A stretch of 64,000 nt of DNA. Source: Isurus oxyrinchus. Its lineage: Eukaryota. The notes under the pieces are model-generated. The model saw only the letters and a list, made by a program, of their open reading frames with translations, made no database searches and was not told the DNA's origin. Both the position numbers and the translations under genes were made by a program. Of the stretch, positions 54,071 to 64,000 are shown piece after piece (the first letter of the stretch is position 1; each line of letters opens with the position of its first letter). The DNA is taken from positions 5,394,001 to 5,458,000 of the forward strand of contig JANJGN010000034.1 of the NCBI GenBank assembly GCA_026770705.1, read 5' to 3'.

Positions 54071-54739
54071 AAATTGGCTTTTGGGGTCACAGCAGTTGTG
54101 ATGTGAGGTGGAGCGAGGCCTCAAGGCTAGCGGTGCCCGATGTTGGTGCCAACCAAGAGTGGCGGGAATACTGGGCGAACCGGGGGAAAAAAAGGGAATG
54201 GGAGACGGACCTGATGGGATGCAGGGTGTACCAGGGAGTGGTAGGGGACTGAAGCCTGGCCAGAGCTGGCAGCTGCAGGAAAGCGACCACAGATGTTGAA
54301 AAAAGTCAACTGCTGGGCCAGATTAAAGACAGCTGGGGCAAAGCGACCGCATGTGGCCCAGTGCTCTGCAAGGCAGTGAATAGGGACGGCAGCCAGCCAG
54401 CGGCATCAACAAGAAATAATGGTGGCCAAGAGCTCCAAAGCCTCCCCCTCTCTACATTCAATTACTTGCAGTGACGGTGTACAGCGCTTCTTCAAATGCA
54501 GCAAGTTTCTCCCCCATGCTTGATACTGTTAGGCTCAACAGTGTGTATATGCATAAAACAAGTGGGAACAAAACAGGTGTGATTGGAAGAATTGGCCTCC
54601 AAAGAAATCTTCAAACGACATTTTCATCAATCGTTTTGGGGGCCACTTGGAGTGGCTTTACGGATCAGAATGCAGATCAATTGTTGTAAAATCTTGGTTG
54701 TGGGCCGCTGAACACACTGGGAGTTAGATTGACAAGGCT

Positions 54740-55140
54740 GACAAGAGAGCTGTGAGCTTAGAATATGGTGGAAATGTTGGACAGCATAGGTTGTTTTCTT
54801 TAGCGAGGAGAATTTTCAGGATTGACATAGGCTCTGTCTGGAACTTTTTGACGGTTTAAACAAGGTTGATGTAGGGACACTGTTTTCACTTACACTGCAG
54901 TCTAACACCAGGAAATAAGATATAACCAGGAATTAGAATTAGTGATTAATCAGGCCAATCAGGAATTGAAATCTTTATTTTATTCATTCACGGGGTCTGT
55001 GCTTCATTGGATGGGCCAGTATTTATTGCCCAACCCTAGTTGCCTGTTAGAAGGTTGTGGCAAGCTGCAGCTAAGGATGGGCAATACATGCTGGCCAAGA
55101 CAGCGAAGCTCACATCCCGTGAATACTTAATAAAAGAAAC
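54740..55140 (+). mobile_element. Short CR1 and LINE-tail fragments
   Basis: 'tttattgcccaaccctagttgcc' and 'atgctggcc...cagcga...cacatcccgtgaata' tail motifs. Confidence 0.5.
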
Positions 55141-56967
55141 AACATCGTCATAATTTGAATGAGTCTCAGTTTCAATGTTTTACAAACGCACCTTTAACAG
55201 GAACTTCAGTGCTGAAGAATTTGAAACATCTATGTTTGAAGGAAGTCTTACGTGATTTTGCTAAATAAGCTAAACTGACAAGTTGATAATTACCTCTTTC
55301 TGTTTCAAAGGAGGCATCGCCATATCTACAAAATGATAATAAATTCTTTAAAAAATGAACGTAAAAGCAATTTGGTATTTTTAAAAGCATAATTTCCTCA
55401 ATCGCATCATTCATTTTGTCGAGTAAGGCAGCCTTAATTTTGAATGTTTCGAAAAGGCTTTAACACATAATTATCATTTACACCACTTATTAGATTGATG
55501 AGTCGGCTGTGCTCAATAGTTTTCAGTTTCAGATATCGAGCAGTTATTTCTTTTTTGATCCAAAATGCAAGAGTAGCTGCTGGTGCAGACAGAAACTAGG
55601 CTGCCCTCACGGTAGACTTCTAGCGCCCTAGTTGCCCAATGTTATACCAAACGGTCAGTCCTTTCATCCACAAAACAGACGATTAATCCAAGCGTTTGGT
55701 ATGAACATAATATCTCAAATGCAATACTTAGATATTATGGAAACATCCATTGCCAATGCATTGGCAGATCTAAGCAACTGCGGATCAACAACGAAAATAC
55801 ACCGGTTAGTTCTTTACCTTAATACACAGAAGTATAAAATAATAATTTGGAATGCATTTGGAATTGAGAATAGTGTCACACAAGTTTAGCAAGGAAGCCT
55901 TGCAGTCCTGTGAGATCACAACAAAAACCAGTATTATTATGGCAACATAGTGAAATGACAAAGCAGTAGCTGCAACAAACGTCAACAACTTAACCAGTCA
56001 GGCAACTCCAAATGGGCAGCTGACATAAGAAGAATATTATGAATGTCCAGGGTGAAGCCCTCCCCACATTCTTAGAAAAAATACCCCGTTATCAGTGCAG
56101 CTTGCAGAAAGTTGATTACATATCTTAAGCACGATATGCCAGATGATCTGTACCAGTTCGATGGCAAAGTTCCAGCAGTCATAATGAGGTAATCTGCAGC
56201 AAAAGTACAAAACAAAAACATGTCAGTGTTTCCCTGCAGCCTTTTTTTTTAAGGAACTCTCACCAATGGGGATCACGTTACTGGACATTTTCTGCCATTC
56301 CCTCTAGCTCCTGGACGCTAACACGCACACATGCAAACTTGCTGATCATCAGCACATCTACTGACAAGAATACACGAGCTGTACCCTGACTCAGACCCAT
56401 CCTTCCTTTCCGACGCCAGTGAAACATGCCACTTTTTCTTGTGTCTAAGCCTCAGGGCTGCTTTCGCCTGAATAAATTCCTGATGCAGAAGTGGTGATGA
56501 GACCAAGTGCATTCTCTGGAACGCTACTGAAAAGAGAAATCCCGCTCGAGAAAACATACCATGGAATGCCACCTGCCAAGAGACGTTGAATTGAAAGGTT
56601 GCATGGGACAGTATTGATGGAAGGTGTAGCAACACGCTAAACATGAAAATGTAAATCACTGTAGTTGCCTTTGTCTGACACTTCCTATTACCGGTGTGTT
56701 TCCTTGAAATGAATTCCAGTTGAAGAGGAAAGCAAAGACCTTGATGCTTGTATAGCTTTGATGCATGAAATTTACCGAACATCTTCCAATGCATAAGGAG
56801 AATTTTTTTTTTATTGTGTCATGTTGGCATGAGGTTAACAAAACGACTATATCCATGAAGTCCCTTCTGCTCTGTTCGATTGAACAGGAAAGTGGAAGAA
56901 AAAAAATGTTGAACAATTCTACATCTTCATAACCTAATATAGTCGTAAAACTGTTTTCACTTTTCAG

Positions 56968-57003
56968 AACTAAAAGACGTTAAAGATAAACTTAAAGCTA
57001 AAG
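56968..57003 (+). CDS. micro-exon m16, 36 nt, ELKDVKDKLKAK
   Basis: gttttcacttttcag|AACTAA...GCTAAAG|gttaga; paralogous to m12, including the same donor. Confidence 0.9.
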
Positions 57004-59619
57004 GTTAGAATCAAAAAATGCATCCCAAGTTTCAGTTGACATTTAAACGTTTAGTGTCAAAGCTTCTACTTTATTTTCTCACTGATTACGCTCGTAAATC
57101 TCACTATAATAAAACATTGCAAGCATTGGGGAAGGTTCTCGTGTGCACATTTTAGCTTTTGCTAAAGAGACAATTAAGACTGTGCCAAAGCGATCTATGC
57201 CAATAATGTCGAACAGGAAATGGTACACTAACCAAAATGTTTGTTCAAATTTGATTTCACAATACAAGTAGAATTTGAAGGCGCAGAACATACATGGCTG
57301 CACAAAGATTGTGCGAAGAATGTACATTGCTGTGAGCTTTAGTCAACTGTTAAGACTGTTCCAACCTGTCTCCTTTTGTTGCTTAATTCTAATCATTATA
57401 TATATTTTTTTACAAAGAATAAATATACAGTAAATGTCAAAAGTAAGGAAACAAATCAGATGTTGTTGCTGGAAAATTTCCTCAAAAGTAGTCACAAGAA
57501 ATATGACGGTGGAGGCGAGACGGTTTGTGGTTGGGTGTTGGTGTTGAATTTAGTTGTTGAGACAGGTAGCATGCAGATTGTACTATCGTCAACAACACTT
57601 CCTCGATCCCATTTTCGTACTTCGGCAAGTGTTAGGCAATCTGCTGCTTTCAGGGTGAGAGCTGATGAAGAAATATATGATGTCCAGTGAGGAAACCAAT
57701 TGAGGACAAAAAAAAGCTACTAAATTGCAGAAAAAACTGCCACGTTGACAGGTTGAAGCAAAAACGTGTGTTTATTTGAGGAAAATTTGCCTAAATACAC
57801 GAGGGAACTAAAGACAAAGTTATGTAGAGATGAGTCGAGCGCAGAAAAAAGTCATTAATTATTTGGTATTTTACTGTGTTCTACATTTCAAGTATTTTAT
57901 TGGTAAGAAATAAAATGCACCACTGGCCGCTTTTCCAATTATCTTGTCCTCTAAAGCTCTGCGTGGCCTGTTTTCCCTACCTGCCTTGCATTGGCATCAG
58001 GGCGCACACAATCCGATCTCTCCAAGGCCCGCCGCTCCCTCCCCCACTCCGGGCCTCCATTCCACTCGCCCCCAATCCCCCGCGCCCCCCGTGGTCACTG
58101 GCAGTTGAGGCAGTTGTGCGACACAAGCCTTGTGCCAAAACTGGTCAATTGTCCCGCTGACACTGCTGGAGCCACATATCTACCGGCCAATCAAATTCCT
58201 TATACATCCCTGAGGTGTGATTTCCAAGTGAGTGGGAAAAAATATCTTTATTGTCTGTGGCCATCGGCGTGATGCAGTACACTTAGTTGGCCGGCAGGAA
58301 ACCCCAACACCCAGAAAGAAATTTGGTTGGTTTCCGAGGAAGAATTTGGAATTATATCGCAATGAGCTTGTGTTCTGATAACCTCTTATCAAGTGAAAAG
58401 TTATAGTTACAAGGAGGGTTCTGAACGACTTCAAGGAACTGCAATGTGTGCTTTGTGTTAAGGCAAAATGATGAGTAAGTCTTCAGCCGCCTGTTATCGA
58501 GTTTCAGTGAATATGGTTGTGTTGACTATTGGGAATGCTTCAAATAGATGGCCAACATGATACTAGAGATGCTGCGCTACCTTTCAGAATAGATTCCAAT
58601 TAGCAAATGTCACAGATAGGCATACGCTTTTCCAGATAGATGCAGAAGCGTCGTCAATAATTCCATATTTCATTTATTTCTCGTGATACACATGGTGGCC
58701 TACGCATTTGAGCTCATTCCAGAAAATGTGCAAAGTGTCCTTTTCTTTCGCTCTTCCTTCAAGATGCTCCTTAAAGCATTCCATTCTTTTAATTTTCTGA
58801 GGAATGCAAACGTCACTGAAAATATGTCCTGATCAACCCTGTTGGTCGTTATGAATGACTAACCAAAGCAACCAATCTTCATCTCTTTATTGTACGTGGC
58901 ATTATATATATAGAGTGAAAAGGTGATTTCAAAAGCATTGCTATTTTTCGTCAATAGAAAAAATGTGATCCCTAAGTTCGTATTTTTGGAAGGAAACAGT
59001 GTTGAAAGATCTATCCGTTTTCTAAATAATGTTCTGGAAGTTTTTCATTAAAAAGTGCAATTTACACTGATGTAATATCTCCTTATGTGGTTTCCACAAA
59101 GTGTTGGTTGATATGACCCAATTAAAGAGTTTTTGAAAAATGTGCTGCCTTAAAAGATTCAATAAATGCCAGTTTTCACAGCCAACATAAATAGCCATTC
59201 TTTGATTCTCAGCAATTGCCTTCGCAAATTATTTTTTAGGAAACACGCATACAAATGCAATTGGTTATTCGTGTCTCCGACTGAATTTGTTGCACAATGA
59301 AATCTGATGCAATCACACCAATTACTATTAAACAGGCGTCTGATGTTCTGAAACCTCGATTAGTGCAGAAATGATGATGGACTGTTTGGTGCAATGCATT
59401 AGCAATTTCAACGGCACTCATTCACAAATCAAGTTACACCATCAATGATTCAAAAAGTGGATGTTAAATTGTTTAGCAAGGCACTTCATGCTGCGCGTAA
59501 AGGCACTCAGGATCAGAGCAGAAGTGATAATGATAATATAGAAACAAAGTTTGGACAGTTATATCCTGCCCCTGGTATATAAATGAATGTGATGTTAACT
59601 TTTACGTTATTTGATACAG

Positions 59620-59646
59620 AACAATCACCGCCGGAGAAGACCAGGC
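59620..59646 (+). CDS. micro-exon m17, 27 nt, EQSPPEKTR
   Basis: tttacgttatttgatacag|AACAAT...ACCAGGC|gtatgt. Confidence 0.78.
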
Positions 59647-59769
59647 GTATGTATACAGCAAAGTTCCTTGCCCCAAGTTTCTTCTCAACATTTGAATAGA
59701 TTATAAACGGTATAGAATTTTCGCTTGGTCACCATGCTTGACAGATTGCATTGAAAATCGATATTTCAG

Positions 59770-59796
59770 CTGATGGTGGAATGCATCCAGATGACG
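59770..59796 (+). CDS. micro-exon m18, 27 nt, PDGGMHPDD
   Basis: cgatatttcag|CTGATG...GATGACG|gtaagt; 123-nt intron from m17. Confidence 0.75.
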
Positions 59797-62759
59797 GTAA
59801 GTAGAATGCTATTGGCTGTAGTTGACTTGGCGCAGCTGGGCACTGTTTGAAGGAATGGTCATTATGATCACAACGGGATTGATTGCAATTCAACATAGGT
59901 GAGAGGATAAAATGGGAGTGTCATAACTAATAATTTGCTACTTCGAACATTACATCACATCAGGCATACCAATCAATGCAGCTACAGAGTTTGAAACTGA
60001 TAGGAAGAAAGACTTATGAAGCATTTTATAGAATTATCGGAAACGTCAGCCCTTCCTTTGGTGTGCGCTAGTGTGCATGCCCACAGGAGCATCCACACAA
60101 AATGTTTCATTTATTTTCACTCTAACGTGCATCGATACATTTCCTACCATCGATGTATCTGTTTTTATTTACTTAAGTGACTCAATGTTATTGGTCCAAG
60201 CTACTACAAGTGGGGCTGGCTTCAATATTCAGGCGATTCACTTTCGCAGGACGTTTGCTTGGGAGAATTCTCATTTGTAAGGAAAATTATATCGCAATGC
60301 TCCCTGAATTTCGATGTGAAGATTTTGTCAAATTAAAGGTCAATAGGTTATTTTAATCTTGTTCTAACGCCTCAGCACCTTAAAGAATCATACACGTTCC
60401 CGGATCGACGTTACTGAGTGCTGACTGCAACCCAAGTTCATGCACAAGGGCATTTTGAGCGTTCCCCGATCAGTTCAAGAGCTGAAATCGCACGTCGTTT
60501 CATTGCAATCCTAAAGACATTGGTAGTGTCACCTCTGTCACTCTGCCTGAGATACTATTTGAGGGCAGAGTAAAAACGTGCTCGATCAATATGCCTTGTC
60601 ACCTATTCTCCATTCAGACATGTTGGGGATTGGAGTAAAAGAACAAAACAGGACAACTTGAAAAAAGGATGATTTCTGTTGCCAAGAATGAGCCGACACG
60701 CATTGCCGAGGTAAAAGCTTACTCCTCTGAAAGGTCAGTCGCTGTGAATTGATGGCACTTTGGGTGCATTCAATCGACTATGCACCCAATGAGTGCCATT
60801 GAAAAATAATGTTTCATGTCGCTATGAGGCCTTTTGTGCCATGAAATGAATTTATTGTCCAATTCCAGCAAAGAGGGCAACAGCAGCCCCCTGTTGCAGC
60901 AAGGTAAAACCTCGTGTGAAATGGGACAGAAGTCCACCTCTGATATTTTGAAGGAACTAGCAACGGGGAGATAAAAGGCGGCTGAAATTTTGGAGGCTGC
61001 AAGAATAAATGGCTGCCAAGCTACATGTTTTGAGGCCTTTGGCGATGAGTCCAAAGATGACTGTGGCCTGCCTGGAGAGTTAAATCCTATCTGGGTGCTG
61101 GGACCTTTTGGCCTTTATATGGTTTTGATGGTCTATCCGGTGGTGAGGCTCTAACTCTGCTTCTTCCCTGCCATCTTATGTCCTGTTGCTTGGAGTCCTG
61201 TCTCAGCCGCGGAGTGTGCTGTCATCCTTCACTAATGGTCCCAAAAGCTGACAGTCCGTCCGCAATACAGGGCGCACTTCCGATTTGGACATGAAACCAC
61301 ACAATGGTTTTTAGCAGCCTTGGACTTCCGGTTGATAGCAAGTTAACGTCTGAGTGCTGAAGGCCCACTCCCCGAACATCTTAGACACCTAATTATCAAA
61401 TTTCATATCAGCCTGTGCCACAGAGTTTTTATTGTGTCTGCTGAATTATTGAGTCAGCTATGCTTTGTTCCTTGTTCCATACTTCACTATCCCATTTTTG
61501 GTATTTTTCCTCTCCCCTTTTTTTCCCTAACACTCACCAAGAAGAACAACTAAAAATGAGGCCGTACAATGTTTTCATGCACCTTAATGCTAAAATTGCT
61601 AAAATTGCAACGGATTTCCCTTCCTTCCGCCTCCCTGGTTAAGAAAGGCCTACTTCGGAAACAGCACTGCCAGAATGTTTGCAGCCACGATTCACATCCT
61701 GGCACATTCTGTCCCCATTAATTCGTTAGCTTGTAAGGGAAATGAGGGCAAAAAGATGTAGCTTCCTTTGTCAGACATGGTTTATAATTTTATTGCCTTC
61801 AATGAAGCTAAATCGTATGCCCTGCCTATCAGAAGAGACCAAATCAACCTCATAGATTTCATTCATCTCAATTTTGATGGCACGAACATTCACCCGCCTT
61901 GTATCCTTTCCTGGCTCCCTTTGAAAATACTTGCTGCCTCTTCCTGACACGTTTCAGCCATGAGCATAGTCTTCACCTCCCTGTATTTCACTGAAAAATA
62001 TAATGCAAGCCCAGCAGATCAGGCCTTTCAACAAGGGGGCAGCCTATCACTCTTTTCCCTAGAAACAACTGGATTACTCATTGAACATTCAGTGGTCGAT
62101 AACATAATGATTTTTTTTTTTTGGTACATATAGCGAAGGTTCGGTTGGTTCCAAAGAGTAGTCTGCTAAGTATAAGAAACATATGATGATAACTCATACA
62201 CCTCACAGGTATTTCGAAGTACATTCTGTGAGAATTTATATTGTGGAGCATGCTACCTCATAGATTAATGGCTGGAGGGAGGCCGGGGGACGGGGATTTA
62301 TCAAATGATAATTAAGTGTGGTAGTCAGCAAAATAGGTTACAGTTTTACTCCAAAATGGGATGATGCTTCTGTACAACATATATGCCAGTTCCCAAACTT
62401 TCAGAACATGTTTTTTTTTCTCACAGTTTTGCTTGTTCTGCATGATTGGATGTGATCATATGGCACAACAAATCGTTCTATCAATTCTAATTATACACGC
62501 ATGCACACTCCGGTCTGTCATCAGGCCATTTTTCATATAATTAACTCATCTTGAAAAATCGTACACTTGAAAATTAAGGCACCCAGTAAATGTCCCTTTT
62601 TCATATAAGACCGAATAAGTCCACACTCGTTGTCATGTAAACATTTTGTCCTACCACCCGCAAACATAATTCATCTGTACAGGAATTGTTGGCCAGCATT
62701 AAAAATAAAGTTATTGCTGCTAATACATCGATTATTTGTTTCTTTTTCCTTGTGCTCGC

Positions 62760-63150
62760 TGAACTGCACTGGCTACAACTATAGAAAATCAGGACTTGAT
62801 GTTCCTTCCTTGACTAATCACCTCCCCATGACATCCCGCATCCTTTCCATTGCTCTAAACAGATATGATTATTCAAGACTACCTTCTTCACACCCTCGAA
62901 AATTAACCAAAAGCCAAAAACCCGTGAATGTCAATTGTTAATTCTGGTACCTCACATCTGGATTTGACACTCTAAAATTGTTCGATTCTACCTCACTCGC
63001 GTTTCTTTTTAAACGCTGTTAGAACCTCCTCTCTTTCTGTCTTGGGGTCATGCTCCCTGTTCCATTACCTTCGACAGTCTCCCCACTGAGGACATCCTTG
63101 GGAATTTGAAATGAAAGGTTACACTTATGGATGTTAATGCTATTACTGTT
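62760..63150 (+). mobile_element. L2-like LINE 3' fragment
   Basis: C/T-rich 'cacctcccc...ttttaaacgctgttagaacctcctctcttt' pattern. Confidence 0.35.
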
Positions 63151-63190
63151 TAAATGAAGTTAATCATATTGCTGTTCACCTCTTTTTCAG

Positions 63191-63217
63191 AAACGCAGAG
63201 ACTTCTTCAAAAGACAA
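63191..63217 (+). CDS. micro-exon m19, 27 nt, ETQRLLQKT
   Basis: ttcacctctttttcag|AAACGC...AAGACAA|gtaagc; ends like m3 (AAGACAA|gta) and shares CTTCTT with m7. Confidence 0.85.
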
Positions 63218-64000
63218 GTAAGCATCTTGAACTATGCACCAATAATTTTGATTGCCTGCAAAATTGTGTAATTCTGATCACTGAGACACCTCGATGTATT
63301 AGCTAAATTTTATTAGTGCTATAACCAATCAAATGTTCTAAGTAGCATTCCAGCGCTAGCACACAACGGACAACGATCGCCAGTCATGTAACCAGCCAAA
63401 TAATGAGTTGCTTGTGTTGATCCCGGATGTGACCGTAGAACGCATGGTTCAGATGAGCTCCTATCCCTATTATAGATGAGCCTTATGCAAAAACTAAAGT
63501 CATTGTTCTGGAAACACGTCTTTATAGATCTGATACAAATAATAAATCCATAAGATCTTGATGAATTAGTTATATTTTGAAAGACAGCCTTTCACTGCAG
63601 TCTAGAAAACTTTGCGTTTGTCGCATGATGAAGGCAAAAGATTTTGTTTTCATTGCAACTGTAACTTTGGGGGGTGCTGCAAAATTAAATGACAGCGAAA
63701 GGTCGCAGTGGCTTCAGCCACTCGAATTCCATTCCTATTGAGGACAATGTACTGGGAATTTGGCCATATCTTCTATTTCTGTCAGTCATTCTTACTGGTG
63801 CAAGCAATGCTAATGGGTTCGCACTTCACGTCAATAGGAAGCAACAGGCAATGGCAGCTCGGCGTTACTAAAGGTTGAAACTGACAGCAGTATCTAGAAA
63901 ATTTATTTTAGCAGCTAAGGACGGAAAGACAGACACTTTTTTTTCCACAGAGAGACATATGTTTTAAGATATTTCTCATAATCTGGAATGCTGCAGCAAA

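Larger units (their letters stand above)
3339..63217 (+). other. Span of a partial micro-exon gene (about 19 symmetric phase-1 exons of 27/30/36 nt) encoding a Cys-containing segmented coiled coil; 5' and 3' ends appear to lie outside the window
   Basis: Manual splice-site reading found polypyrimidine-AG...GT pairs enclosing 27/30/36 nt, all open in the same phase-1 frame. The joined peptide has Leu at residues 2,9,16,23,30,37,44 and 105,112,119,126,133 across junctions. Confidence 0.88.

Noticed and set aside
55891-55929. Perfect RSS nonamer ACAAAAACC at 55921-55929 (plus scattered CACAGTG heptamers elsewhere)
   Set aside because: No heptamer at 12- or 23-nt spacing and no V/D/J segments, so no evidence of an Ig/TCR locus
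56385-56526. Minus-strand peptide FQRMHLVSSPLLHQEFIQAKAALR, vaguely like TASOR/TEX15 PARP-like domains
   Set aside because: Short subjective similarity, weak donor and no adjoining exons
1-64000. Prokaryotic systems (CRISPR arrays, operons, IS elements), rRNA and tRNA genes
   Set aside because: No repeat-spacer array, long ORFs or recognisable structural RNA genes; the sequence is vertebrate-type intronic DNA

Overview
Eukaryotic, AT-rich, repeat-dense DNA. The repeat types (degenerate CR1 and related LINEs, Deu-type and tRNA-derived SINEs, Penelope-like inverted repeats) suggest a cartilaginous fish such as a shark; this is inferred from recalled repeat motifs, not from a search. None of the ORFs in the supplied track looks like a real intact gene. 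The main signal lies below the ORF track's length cutoff: a + strand chain of about 19 micro-exons (twelve of 27 nt, two of 30 nt, five of 36 nt) spread over 3339-63217. All are phase 1-1, and all but one have canonical AG/GT sites. Spliced together they give a stop-free 564-nt (188-aa) frame: (D)LQDCQNTLRNL-ENALAAKEG-DLKMCEAELKKT-KKELAETAA-ELKKCKGSKP-GGQNLQDEL-DKCEALLRDV-IAENLKHEE-AIDLLEEERKDA-KDKLKKLQT-GRKLQDCEK-ELKQLKDELARL-EKELEKKDK-ALDAKCKNT-DQRVDDLKK-ELKDVKDKLKAK-EQSPPEKTR-PDGGMHPDD-ETQRLLQKT. This is a segmented heptad coiled coil with Leu every 7 residues across exon junctions and periodic Cys. No start or stop was found inside the window, and I do not recognise the gene. The introns hold old LINE, SINE and Gypsy remnants, one young Penelope-like insertion with a hammerhead-like motif, and a ~320-bp foldback. 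Repeat boundaries are approximate.
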